DNA of 36,790 bases. Origin: an uncultured Cellvibrionaceae bacterium (GTDB lineage: Bacteria; Pseudomonadota; Gammaproteobacteria; Pseudomonadales; Cellvibrionaceae). The translations under genes were made by a program, and so were the position numbers. The notes under the pieces are model-generated. The model made no database searches. It had not been told where the DNA came from and saw nothing but the letters and a program-made list of their open reading frames with translations. Where the stretch lies: positions 2,321 to 39,110 of the forward strand of contig CAZING010000004.1 of NCBI GenBank assembly GCA_964540505.1. The letters run 5' to 3'. Positions 1 to 8,640 of the stretch are shown here, piece after piece. Every line of letters starts with the position of its first letter. The first letter of the stretch is position 1.

Positions 1-895
1 TGTGGGCTTCGCTTATGGGGCGGAGGCTCCACTTATTGGATGCGAACAGCGCCCGCAAAAGCTGGTTGTTCAGCCTGTGGCCCGAGCGGTTACCCGAGAA
101 GTGACCGATAATATAATGACCGGCCAATGCCAGATCACCCACTGCGTCTAGGTATTTATGGCGGACAAACTCATCGGCGTAGCGCAAACCTTCACAGTTG
201 ACGACTTTGTCGTCGGCAATGAGTATCGCATTCTTTAGCGAACTGCCTTGCGCAAAGCCTCGTCTTTTTAAATCGTGCAGGTGTTTCTCAAAGCCGAAGG
301 TTCGAGCCTCAGCCACCTCTTCAATAAAAGACTCGCTGCCAAACGGCAGAGATAACTTCTGGCGACCAATGGGGCGCTCGGCAAAATCGATGGCCATTTC
401 CATCCAAGGCGTTAACGACGGCACAAAGCTCGCCGAGGCCTGGTTCTCGGCCACAGTGATGCTGTCTTCAACCGTAATCACCAGGCGCTCTTCGTTCTGA
501 CAGCGTTTGCCGACTTGCTGAAACATTTTAATAAAGGGTGCCGAGCTGCCATCTAAAATGGGAACCTCGGGGGCATCCAAAACAACGGTGGCGTTGTCGA
601 TGCCAAACGCAAACAGCGCCGCCATTAAATGCTCAATGGTGCTGACGCGTACGCCCATCTCGTTGGTGATGGTGGTGGACAGTTCGGTGTTGGAAACCGT
701 GTGCCAGAGTGCTTTGACTCGATCGCCCTGTAACACATCGCGTCTGATAAACTCTATGCCTGTGTTGGGCTCGGCTGGCATGATGGTCATGACCACCTTT
801 AACCCGCTGTGAAGGCCGCGACCCATGCATGTGACATTGTCAGCCAGGGTATGCTGGTAAAGCGACAAATCGGTATTTGCAAAGGTTTGTGTCAT
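1..895 (-). CDS. lpxC: UDP-3-O-acyl-N-acetylglucosamine deacetylase (LpxC family); the 3' end runs off the window
   Basis: This ORF is absent from the track because it is open at the window edge. My manual reverse-complement translation from the ATG at 895..893 gives MTQTFANTDLSLYQHTLADNVTCMGRGLHSGLKV...VSTIEHLMAAL...APEVPILDGSSAPF...EARTFGF...EFVRHKYLDAVGDLALAG...NRSGHRLNN. These match the LpxC signature blocks, including the Zn ligands and catalytic residues (the E-H of TIEHL, the H and two D of HKxLDxxGD, and the H of SGH). Confidence 0.85.
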   Translation of the reverse strand, partial: MTQTFANTDLSLYQHTLADNVTCMGRGLHSGLKVVMTIMPAEPNTGIEFIRRDVLQGDRVKALWHTVSNTELSTTITNEMGVRVSTIEHLMAALFAFGIDNATVVLDAPEVPILDGSSAPFIKMFQQVGKRCQNEERLVITVEDSITVAENQASASFVPSLTPWMEMAIDFAERPIGRQKLSLPFGSESFIEEVAEARTFGFEKHLHDLKRRGFAQGSSLKNAILIADDKVVNCEGLRYADEFVRHKYLDAVGDLALAGHYIIGHFSGNRSGHRLNNQLLRALFASNKWSLRPISEAH

Positions 896-1182
896 AGTAT
901 TCTCACTGGTTGCCGGCTCGGCAACGATATTTTCAGATCTTGCCAAACAGTCTAGGTGGCACTGGCTTAACCCAACCTGAACAATTCGTCTGGCACTGCC
1001 ATTTTTAAAACGGTCGGGATTTCGATGCGCTTAAGTATTACCGGATGCAGCTGCCCGCGAGGTGTCGGGGCTCAACGAAGTGCGACCGCGGCGCTTGCCC
1101 ACTGCCAGCGACTCAGCCGCATCATCCGTCGGCGACCGCGCCAAGGCCTCTTCTGTGCTTGTTTGCAGCCTGGGGCGTCCCA

Positions 1183-1860
1183 TTGATTCCTTTTACGTCA
1201 TATCTCTATCGGGTAAACCCAACCGATCTCGTCAGAGCCGAGCAGGATTTAAACCAGCACCTCAGTCGCGCTGAAATAGAGAGGGTGGGGCAAATCAAGC
1301 ACCGCGGTAACCGGAATACAACCTTGCTTGGGCGGTTACTGCTGCGTCGTGTGCTGGCTGGGGTTCTCAATTGTTCGGCGCTTGAGCTTGTGATTGGTCT
1401 GCGCGCGAACGGCAAACCGGTACTGGAAGGCGAGGCCGTGCATTTTAACCTTTCCCACAGTCATGACTGGGTGCTTCTTGGGGTCGGGCCGCGCGAGCTT
1501 GGCGTTGACCTTGAAAAAGTGCAATATCGTGACACGCTGGATGCGTTGGCGCGCCACGTCATGCACCAAAATGAATGGTCGGTTTATAGGGCGCAAGCCG
1601 AGCAGGATAAGTCGAGCTTCTTTTATCGCACATGGGTATTGAAAGAAGCCTGTTTGAAATTTGATGGCCGCGGCATCTCAAGCGGCTTGCGGTCGGTGGA
1701 GACGCGCCTCGTCCCGCCGGAAATCGTCTCGCACCCAGGGCTTCGGGCGGAGTACCTGCAGGCGCCCGAGTCCTATTGCGCGGCAATGGTGACATCGGTT
1801 GGGCCCGGCGGTCAGTCTTATCAGACGCTTATCGACAGTGTCTTCGATCTGCGCTCGTGA
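1183..1860 (+). CDS. 4'-phosphopantetheinyl transferase, Sfp/EntD-type
   Basis: This is track ORF 1045..1860. It carries the PPTase motifs FNLSHSHDWVLLGV, GVDLE and WVLKEACLKFDG. The first 45 or so codons from 1045 (MQLPARCRGSTKCDRGACPLP...) do not look protein-like. An in-frame TTG at 1183 gives about 225 aa, the usual size. The start is uncertain. Confidence 0.8.
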   Translation: MIPFTSYLYRVNPTDLVRAEQDLNQHLSRAEIERVGQIKHRGNRNTTLLGRLLLRRVLAGVLNCSALELVIGLRANGKPVLEGEAVHFNLSHSHDWVLLGVGPRELGVDLEKVQYRDTLDALARHVMHQNEWSVYRAQAEQDKSSFFYRTWVLKEACLKFDGRGISSGLRSVETRLVPPEIVSHPGLRAEYLQAPESYCAAMVTSVGPGGQSYQTLIDSVFDLRS

Positions 1861-1981
1861 CGCGCTTGGCAAATATGATGAAATTGACGACGCCTTCGCC
1901 CGTTTATTAAGAGGAAGCGAAGGGTTGCTGGTCTATGGTTACTATGACGGTTCTTATATTTCCATAACGACAGGTTGACGC

Positions 1982-2977
1982 ATGTTTGATGCCCAGGCCG
2001 CAAAACAATTTCGCGAAATGTTGCCCGATTTTTCTTTCGCGAAGCCTAGCAACCTCTCGGCGCTGCCCGATCTTTTCGCAGAGTATTTTGAATATTACGG
2101 CTTTTTTGAGACTTTGAAGGAATTTGATGGCGACTACCATTTTGGCAAGTTTCAAGCGAGTTTTGGTGGCCGGGCCAGTTCGGTGGCCTTACATTATTGG
2201 CGACATCCCAGTGCTCGTGGGACTGCGTTTGTGGTGCACGGGCTGTTCGATCACGTGGGTATATATCAGACCCTCGTCCGGTATCTCGTCGGCCAGCGCT
2301 ACTCGGTCGTCGCCTTCGATTTGCCAGGTCACGGCTTAAGCGCGGGGGCGCCGACCGAGGTGAAGCATTTCGCCGATTACAGCGAGGTGCTCGCCGCTAT
2401 TGTGGCCGCCTTTGCCGACGGCGCAGGCCAGCGGCCGTTCCATGCTCTTGGGCAAAGCACGGGCGCGGCAGTTATTATGGGCGACATTTTTTCGCGACAG
2501 ACGACCGGCGCGCGTCAACCGTTCGAAAAGTTTGTGTTTCTGGGGCCATTGATTCGCCCGGTACGCTGGCGTATCGGGCGGCTCACCTTAAAGCTATTCG
2601 GCCGGTTTATGCAGAGCATTATGCGCGACATGAGCTCGGCCAACAGTCACGATTTGGAGTTCCACAACTTTTTGCGGCATCACGACCCGCTTCAGAGTCG
2701 GCGCTTGGCTGTCAGCTGGGTAACCGCATTAGACGAATGGATTGCCATTTGCCGTGGGGCTCCGCCCACGCCGATACAGCTACTGGTGGTTCAGGGCACC
2801 AAAGACGGGGTGGTCGATTGGCGTCGCAACGTTCCCGAACTCACCCGACTCTTTCCGAACCTGCAAATCAATTACGTCGAAGGTGCTATGCATCACCTCG
2901 TTAACGAGGCTCAGCCCTGGCGGCAGGCAATATTTGCAAGCGTGGGTCAGTTCTTAAAGCAAAAGCCCATGGTTTAG
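1982..2977 (+). CDS. alpha/beta hydrolase (lysophospholipase / monoacylglycerol-lipase-like)
   Basis: The 331-aa ORF has an oxyanion-hole HGLFDH motif, a nucleophile elbow GQSTG, a late acidic residue (KDGVVD) and a His (GAMHH) in the order expected of a Ser-Asp-His triad. Confidence 0.8.
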   Translation: MFDAQAAKQFREMLPDFSFAKPSNLSALPDLFAEYFEYYGFFETLKEFDGDYHFGKFQASFGGRASSVALHYWRHPSARGTAFVVHGLFDHVGIYQTLVRYLVGQRYSVVAFDLPGHGLSAGAPTEVKHFADYSEVLAAIVAAFADGAGQRPFHALGQSTGAAVIMGDIFSRQTTGARQPFEKFVFLGPLIRPVRWRIGRLTLKLFGRFMQSIMRDMSSANSHDLEFHNFLRHHDPLQSRRLAVSWVTALDEWIAICRGAPPTPIQLLVVQGTKDGVVDWRRNVPELTRLFPNLQINYVEGAMHHLVNEAQPWRQAIFASVGQFLKQKPMV

Positions 2978-3004
2978 GGTTTCGGTATTTGCCGTTATTC
3001 GCAG

Positions 3005-3424
3005 CTACGTTCTGTGAAGTTTTTCTTGCTCGAGCAGAAGTTCATCGAGTTCGGGCATATAAAAAGGCCGCCCCCGTTCATTGAGGCTTGCCCCTTCAAT
3101 GGTTGCTGTTAACACCTTGCGGTCGCTTTCAGTGACGTAGATGCCCTGGTCGAAAATAAACGATACCTTGCCTTTGCGGCGCAGGTTCAAGCCTACCCAG
3201 AACCGGTCGCCACTGCGTAAAGGCGATCGATAAACCAGCTCTGCACGCGTGACCACCAAGTGAATGCCGCGGGCGGTCACCTGTGCGAAATCCAGATTCC
3301 GGCTTTTCAAAAACTCGTGGCGGGTGTGCTCAAGGTAATTCTGATAAACCGCGTTATTGACAATACCTTGCAGGTCGCATTCGTAGTCACGTACCTGGAA
3401 ATCCAGTCTGAAACTGTAATCCAT
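3005..3424 (-). CDS. acyl-CoA thioesterase, 4HBT (YbgC/FadM-like) hot-dog fold
   Basis: The 139-aa ORF has the N-terminal block VRDYECDLQGIVNNAVYQNYLEHTRHEF typical of YbgC-type thioesterases, and its size fits a single hot-dog domain. Confidence 0.8.
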   Translation of the reverse strand: MDYSFRLDFQVRDYECDLQGIVNNAVYQNYLEHTRHEFLKSRNLDFAQVTARGIHLVVTRAELVYRSPLRSGDRFWVGLNLRRKGKVSFIFDQGIYVTESDRKVLTATIEGASLNERGRPFYMPELDELLLEQEKLHRT

Positions 3425-3485
3425 ATCTCAGTGGTCTCTGTGTCGAGTTCTAGTGCTCTTTCGCTTAGTTCGTCTTTGTTCGCAC

Positions 3486-4718
3486 CTAAAATAACACTCG
3501 GCATCTTATAGTGGCCGGAATGGCGCGCAGTTGTTCGAGCGCACGCTCACTGTACTCGGACACCACGTCGATCACCACATAACCGACGCTTTCATTGGTC
3601 TGTAGGTATTGCCCCGCAATGTTGATGTCATTGTCGGAAAATACTTGGTTAATGCTTTTCAAAACACCTGGAACGTTTTGGTGGACATGCAACAGGCGAT
3701 GGGCATTGGTCTGTGTGGGGAGGGCGACTTCGGGGAAATTGACCGAGCTTGTGGTGGTGCCATTATCGGAATATTTAATTAATTTAGTCGCCACCTCGAC
3801 ACCGATGTTCTCTTGCGCCTCTACGGTAGAGCCGCCTATATGCGGCGTTAAAATTACATTGTCGAATGCGCGCAGAGGGCTTTGAAACTCTTCCTCGTTA
3901 TTTTTCGGCTCTACCGGAAAAACGTCTATGGCGGCGCCGGCGAGCCGGCCTTCGGCCATCGCCGCGGCCAGCGCGTCTATGTCCACAACCGTACCGCGCG
4001 AGGCATTAATAAGGATGGCGCCTTTTTTCATATTGGCGAGCTCGGCTTCGCCTATCAGCTTGTGGGTGCTCGCGAGGTCGGGCACATGGAGGCTGATAAT
4101 GTCCGCCTCTTGCAGCAGCGCATTCAGGGTTTTACATGCTCGCGCGTTGCCCATCGGCAGTTTGGTGACGACATCGTAATAAGCGACTTTCATGCCCAAG
4201 CTTTCGGCCAACACGCTGAGCTGCGTGCCTATAGCGCCGTAGCCGATTATGCCCAGTGTTTTTCCCCTTATTTCATAAGAGCCGATGGCGGATTTGCGCC
4301 ATTCGCCGCGGTGGCATTCGGCATTTTTTGCCGGGATTCCACGAAGCAATAATATGGCTTCGGCGACCACCAGTTCTGCGACTGACCGGGTGTTCGAGTA
4401 TGGCGCGTTGAATACCACCACGCCGCGCTCTTGTGCCGCCTTTAGGTCCACCTGGTTGGTGCCGATGCAGAAACATCCCACGGCAATCAGCTTCGGCGCA
4501 TGTGCAAACACCCGTGCGGTGAGCTGGGTCCGCGAGCGCAGGCCGACAAAATGCGCATCCCGAATACGTTCAATCAATTCGTCCTCGGCGAGCGCGGTGG
4601 TCAGGTAATCGATATTGTTATAGCCCGCAGCTCGCAGCGCCGCGACCGCAGACTGGTGGACGCCTTCGAATAAAACAAACTTAATCTTGTCTTTTTCCAG
4701 TGAGGTTTTCGCTGTCAT
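3486..4718 (-). CDS. serA: D-3-phosphoglycerate dehydrogenase
   Basis: This is track ORF 3486..4835. Homology begins at the internal ATG at 4718 (MTAKTSLEKDKIKFVLFEGVHQ...), giving 410 aa. It has the NAD-binding GIIGYGAIG motif, RGxxVD, a catalytic His in PHIGGST, and a C-terminal ACT-like domain. The upstream extension is not protein-like. Confidence 0.95.
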   Translation of the reverse strand: MTAKTSLEKDKIKFVLFEGVHQSAVAALRAAGYNNIDYLTTALAEDELIERIRDAHFVGLRSRTQLTARVFAHAPKLIAVGCFCIGTNQVDLKAAQERGVVVFNAPYSNTRSVAELVVAEAILLLRGIPAKNAECHRGEWRKSAIGSYEIRGKTLGIIGYGAIGTQLSVLAESLGMKVAYYDVVTKLPMGNARACKTLNALLQEADIISLHVPDLASTHKLIGEAELANMKKGAILINASRGTVVDIDALAAAMAEGRLAGAAIDVFPVEPKNNEEEFQSPLRAFDNVILTPHIGGSTVEAQENIGVEVATKLIKYSDNGTTTSSVNFPEVALPTQTNAHRLLHVHQNVPGVLKSINQVFSDNDINIAGQYLQTNESVGYVVIDVVSEYSERALEQLRAIPATIRCRVLF

Positions 4719-4800
4719 AATGCATTCTCGTCTACTGAATTCTTCTCGGTGTGGGCGGCGCTGTTCGTTGCCGGTGGCCGGCGTCTGCAACTTCGAACAC

Positions 4801-5481
4801 TTAATGCTTAGGCGCGGTGATGGTGGCGACGCCATCCGCTCGGGCGAGCAGCAAAACGTCCGCGCCTCGCAAAGAAAACAAACCGTTGGTGATCACCCCC
4901 GGAATATTATTGAGCTTTGCTTCCATTTCGGCGGGGTTGCTGATCATAAGCCCATGGACGTCCAGAATCTCCCCGCCGTTATCGGTTATCACACCTTCGC
5001 GCAGTTCAGGTCTGCCGCCGAGCTGGATTAGCGCCCTTTTGACAAACTCTCTGGCCATAGGCAACACCTCAACGGGTAATGGGAACGTCCCGAGCCGAGT
5101 TACCCACTTGCTGTCGTCAGCGATGCAAACGAATTCGCGCGCCACTGACGCAACGATCTTCTCGCGCGTCAGCGCCGCGCCACCGCCTTTAATCAGTTCC
5201 AGTTGCGGTGTGCTCTCGTCAGCGCCGTCGACGTAAAACGCCAATTCGGTCACCTCGTTTAGCTCGAGCACGGTAACGCCGTGTTGGTGCAGGCGCGCGG
5301 TCGACGCGTTCGAGCTTGCCACCGCTGCGCGAAACGCGCTTTTGTGGGCGGCCAGTAAATCGATAAAGAGGTTGGTCGTCGAACCCGTGCCGACCCCCAG
5401 CACATCCGAGGGGGACAGGCGCGGCAACAGGTATTCGATGGCAGCAGCAGCCACCGCAGCTTTCAGTTGGTCTTGATTCAT
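4801..5481 (-). CDS. rpiA: ribose-5-phosphate isomerase A
   Basis: This is track ORF 4801..5592. The RpiA-like sequence starts at the ATG at 5481 ([18 protein letters not shown]...GVGTGSTTN...DGADE...[11 protein letters not shown]), giving 226 aa. Confidence 0.95.
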   Translation of the reverse strand: MNQDQLKAAVAAAAIEYLLPRLSPSDVLGVGTGSTTNLFIDLLAAHKSAFRAAVASSNASTARLHQHGVTVLELNEVTELAFYVDGADESTPQLELIKGGGAALTREKIVASVAREFVCIADDSKWVTRLGTFPLPVEVLPMAREFVKRALIQLGGRPELREGVITDNGGEILDVHGLMISNPAEMEAKLNNIPGVITNGLFSLRGADVLLLARADGVATITAPKH

Positions 5482-5717
5482 GGCAACTCGGATCCGACGC
5501 GAAATTGCGCGCATTGTAGTGCAAAACGCCGGGGACAGAAACTCGACCCAGGCAAAGCGCGCGCTTTTGCTGGTAAGCGGGGGCGCCGTCAAGTTCGAAT
5601 CTCGGGTCGGCCCGCGGGTTAAAAATACAGAGCCAGAAGCTGTTTGGACCGTCCAAGCTACACTAAAGCCCCGTCTTCCTTTACTATGAGTCGTTTTTGT
5701 TTTCAGGCTTTCGTTTT

Positions 5718-7235
5718 ATGCCGCACACTTACATTAAGCGCATCCTTGATGCGCGTATCTACGATCTTGCCGTGGAGACACCACTAGACCTCGCGCCTTT
5801 GTTATCGATGCGTACGGGCAATCAGGTGTTGATTAAACGTGAAGACCTGCAACCGGTGTTCTCATTCAAAGTAAGAGGCGCCTATAACAAGCTTTTGCAG
5901 TTGAGTGAAGCCGAACGCAAAAGCGGGGTGATCGCCGCAAGTGCCGGCAATCATGCACAGGGCTTGGCGCTAGCGTCGAAGCACCTCGGGGTGCACGCAA
6001 TAATCGTGATGCCGGTCACCACGCCTTCGATTAAAGTCGAGGCGGTTCGCCGTCACGGCGGCAAGGTGATTTTGCACGGTGACACCTACGATGAGGCCTC
6101 CACGTACGCCAAGGAAATGGTCGCCGAAAAAGGCATGATTTACATCCCGCCCTACGACGACCCCGACGTAATCGCCGGTCAAGGTACAGTGGCTATGGAA
6201 ATTCTGCGCCAGTATCCGGCGCATATTGACGCTGTCTTCATTCCGGTAGGCGGCGGTGGGCTTTGCGCGGGCATGGCCGCTTATATCAAATACGTTCGGC
6301 CCGAAATCAAGGTGTTTGCGGTAGAGCCCGAGGACGCCGCATGTCTTAAGGCCGCGATGGCAAAAAACCGCAGGGTGGTGCTACCGGAAGTGGACCTGTT
6401 TGCCGATGGCGTAGCCGTCGCCCAAATCGGCAAAGAAACCTTTCGAGTGATAAGGCACTCCATCGATGGCGTTATAACGGTGAGTTCCGATGAAATGTGC
6501 GCCGCTATTAAAGATATCTTCGAAGACACTCGCTCGATCGCCGAGCCTGCAGGCGCGTGTGCGCTCGCAGGTTTGAAAAAATACGTGGCGCAAGAGGGCG
6601 GCCAAGGCGAAACATTGGTAGCGGTACACAGTGGCGCCAATACCAATTTCGATCGTCTGCGTTATATTTCCGAGCGCACGGAAGTGGGCGAGCGTCGCGA
6701 AGCGGTGCTGGCCGTGGTCATACCCGAAGAGCCGGGAAGTTATCGGAAGTTTTGCGCGCTTTTGGGGCGCAGGGCCATTACCGAGTTTAACTACCGGTAT
6801 TCGGACACCGCGAAAGCGCACATCTATGTCGGTCTGCAGGTCAACCCCAATACCAACGACCGCGAAGAGCTGCTGGAGCTGCTTCGTAAAAAAGGTTATG
6901 AAGTGTTCGACTTCACCGACAACGAAATGGCCACGCTGCATATCCGGCACATGGTGGGCGGCCACACCCCAGGTGCGCTTAACGATGAAGTGGTTTATCG
7001 GTTCGAATTCCCCGAAAAACCCGGGGCGCTGTTAACGTTCCTTACCAAGCTTGCCGGCAGGTGGAATATTTCGATGTTTCATTATCGTAATCACGGTTCC
7101 GCGTACGGCCGGGTGTTGGTCGGTTTGCAAGTGCCGAAAGGCCAGCGCAAGGAAGTGGAGCAATCGTTGCGAGAGCTCAATTATCGTTTTTGTGACGAAA
7201 CCCAAAACGACGCTTATCAGTTTTTTCTCGCTTAG
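5718..7235 (+). CDS. ilvA: biosynthetic threonine ammonia-lyase (threonine dehydratase)
   Basis: The ORF has a PLP-lysine block (FSFKVRGAYNK), a GGGGL loop and two C-terminal ACT-like regulatory repeats. The ATG at 5718 (MPHTYIKRIL) is preferred over the TTG at 5697. The gene is divergent from rpiA, as in pseudomonads. Confidence 0.95.
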   Translation: MPHTYIKRILDARIYDLAVETPLDLAPLLSMRTGNQVLIKREDLQPVFSFKVRGAYNKLLQLSEAERKSGVIAASAGNHAQGLALASKHLGVHAIIVMPVTTPSIKVEAVRRHGGKVILHGDTYDEASTYAKEMVAEKGMIYIPPYDDPDVIAGQGTVAMEILRQYPAHIDAVFIPVGGGGLCAGMAAYIKYVRPEIKVFAVEPEDAACLKAAMAKNRRVVLPEVDLFADGVAVAQIGKETFRVIRHSIDGVITVSSDEMCAAIKDIFEDTRSIAEPAGACALAGLKKYVAQEGGQGETLVAVHSGANTNFDRLRYISERTEVGERREAVLAVVIPEEPGSYRKFCALLGRRAITEFNYRYSDTAKAHIYVGLQVNPNTNDREELLELLRKKGYEVFDFTDNEMATLHIRHMVGGHTPGALNDEVVYRFEFPEKPGALLTFLTKLAGRWNISMFHYRNHGSAYGRVLVGLQVPKGQRKEVEQSLRELNYRFCDETQNDAYQFFLA

Positions 7236-7329
7236 CCCGCCAATGGAGAGAAGTGACCGACAGCGATCGAGCCGGTTATATTCTTTCGAAATCGACCCGA
7301 AGTGTGCGGTAAGTCCTTGCTCACTTTGT

Positions 7330-7352
7330 GATGCGCGTCCCGCATCTGTTTC
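7330..7352 (+). terminator. possible weak intrinsic terminator downstream of ilvA
   Basis: The hairpin gatgcg-cgtcc-cgcatc (7330..7346) is followed by tgtttcgc. The stem is short and the U-tract is poor. Confidence 0.3.
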
Positions 7353-7414
7353 GCTAATTGGACATTACCGAAAATAGAACTAAGTTGAATATATGAAATA
7401 AGGCGAACCGTCGA

Positions 7415-7443
7415 TTGTGCATTGCAAAAAATCAGAGTATAAA
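7415..7443 (+). promoter_or_regulatory. candidate sigma70-type promoter in the AT-rich gap
   Basis: TTGTGC (7415..7420) and TATAAA (7438..7443) are separated by a 17-bp spacer. The element lies about 80 nt upstream of the small ORF at 7526. This rests on a pattern match only. Confidence 0.25.
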
Positions 7444-7525
7444 GCTCGGTGATTTTTCGGCGCCACAATAGTGACATCAGGCCCTCGTGGGCGCGCCAAT
7501 ATATAGATTTTGAGGTTTTGTCGAA

Positions 7526-7672
7526 ATGAAAACAGATGTATTGACCGTGGCAGCCATCGTATTTGTAATAGGAATGCTGGCCAGTACGTTGGGCATTACC
7601 GAAGTATTCGAAAACGAAGTGTCGGAGCCAAAAGCACCCTTGCATCAAGGTATCGTTGTCGCCAAGCAGTAA
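7526..7672 (+). CDS. hypothetical 48-aa single-pass membrane peptide
   Basis: At 48 aa this ORF is below the 60-aa minimum seen in the ORF track. My manual translation is MKTDVLTVAAIVFVIGMLASTLGITEVFENEVSEPKAPLHQGIVVAKQ. It has one clear hydrophobic helix, and GAGG lies 10 nt upstream of the ATG. I recognise no homology, and codon use looks atypical for this genome (gta, ata, ttg). Confidence 0.25.
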   Translation: MKTDVLTVAAIVFVIGMLASTLGITEVFENEVSEPKAPLHQGIVVAKQ

Positions 7673-7812
7673 CGGCGCTACCCGACTCAATAACCGAGCA
7701 AACGCCTTCGCCCTTCGAAGCGCGCAGGTAAAATTCCGCCAGCACCAATCTCCTTTTTGACCCCGAGCGCTACTGAAAGGCTTAGGCGCGCGTCTGTGTG
7801 TCCGTCGCGCGG

Positions 7813-8406
7813 CTACCGCGTCGGCGATCGGCCATAGATCAACTCGTGCTCCGTTGCCACGAGATCGAGCGGTATGTCCCAGCTCGCGGGAGGCAAGGCT
7901 TTAACTTCTTGCAGGCTGTGAGCCAGGCCCACGAGTTTCAAATTCGGCCTGAAGGCGACCTTGGCCAAGGTCCGGTCGTAATAACCGCCGCCCATGCCCA
8001 ATCGATTGCCACGCCGATCGAAGCCCACCAAAGGCACCAGTATCACATCCAGCGCCCCAATCCCGACCGCCGCACCGACTGTGGGCTCCAATATGCCAAA
8101 CGTGTTGGCTTGGGTACGCCCCTGTGCTTGCCACGGGCGAAACGCCAAATGGCCGGTGCGCTTGGTGAGACATGGGAGGTAAATTTGTTGGCCCCGTGCG
8201 AGCGACCATTTGATGATCGGCGTGGGGTTGAGTTCGCCGTCGACGGCCAGGTAGGCGGCAACGTTTTGCGCTCGGCGCAGCCAAGGGTGTCGGCAGAGCC
8301 TTAAAGCAACTTTCTGTGCGGCTTGTAACTGAAGGTTGGGGCTGAGTGCGCGCCGGGCTTGGCGCAGTTGCTGGCGTAAACGCTTGCGATCGTCGGGGAG
8401 GTTCAT
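7813..8406 (-). CDS. ygfA: 5-formyltetrahydrofolate cyclo-ligase
   Basis: The 197-aa ORF carries AAYLAVDGELNPTPII, FGILEP and DVILVPLVGFDRRGNRLGMGGGYYDRTL, the MTHFS-family signature. It sits immediately downstream of the 6S RNA, as in E. coli and Pseudomonas. Confidence 0.9.
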   Translation of the reverse strand: MNLPDDRKRLRQQLRQARRALSPNLQLQAAQKVALRLCRHPWLRRAQNVAAYLAVDGELNPTPIIKWSLARGQQIYLPCLTKRTGHLAFRPWQAQGRTQANTFGILEPTVGAAVGIGALDVILVPLVGFDRRGNRLGMGGGYYDRTLAKVAFRPNLKLVGLAHSLQEVKALPPASWDIPLDLVATEHELIYGRSPTR

Positions 8407-8414
8407 TAAAAAAA

Positions 8415-8592
8415 GCCGAGGGTGCCGCTGTCAACTAAACCTCGAACCCGATGGCTCAAGGGGGAGGGATCAGTTGTGAATTAGGCTTTCCAGCGTATGG
8501 ACATGCGCACATCACAAACGAGAAGCCTCCTGTAGTAGAAATATCGGCTCAGGGATCGCTGACTGGCGAACACCCAAGGCGTGACCTCAGTA
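8415..8592 (-). ncRNA. ssrS: 6S RNA
   Basis: It lies between zapA and ygfA, the canonical position. The minus strand reads ...CTGAGGTCACGCC...GATCCCTGAGCCGATATTTCTACTACAGGAGG...CCTTGAGCCATCGGGTTCGAGG...GGCACCCTCGGC. The block CCCTGAGCCGATATTTC (8554..8538) matches the E. coli 6S RNA as I recall it. The 5' CUGAGG can pair with the 3' CCUCGG to close the long rod. The ends are approximate to about 10 nt. Confidence 0.85.
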
Positions 8593-8640
8593 TAACAAAA
8601 CCAACAGGGATAGCAGCAACTAACCTCGTAACCATTAACG

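Noticed and set aside
5593-5601. A GTTCGAATC T-loop-like motif in the rpiA-ilvA intergenic region, suggesting a tRNA or tRNA remnant
   Set aside because: The flanking bases cannot form a T-stem (tcaag against ctcgg), and no acceptor or anticodon arms can be drawn. It is not a tRNA.
7232-7690. A 152-aa minus-strand ORF filling the ilvA-ygfA gap
   Set aside because: The translation is rich in Cys, His, Phe and Trp with no motif, no SD and no hydrophobic or domain pattern. It overlaps the ilvA stop. It looks like a chance ORF in AT-richer DNA. The short plus-strand peptide ORF is the only frame with start signals, and even that has low confidence.
8593-8640. A sigma70-like promoter for ssrS (TTGCTG, 18-19 bp, TATACT) between zapA and the 6S RNA
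   Set aside because: The -10 candidate abuts the 5' CUGAGG that seems needed to close the 6S rod, so a transcript from it would lack that pairing. The spacer is also long. I cannot decide between this promoter and read-through from zapA with processing, so it is not reported as a feature.
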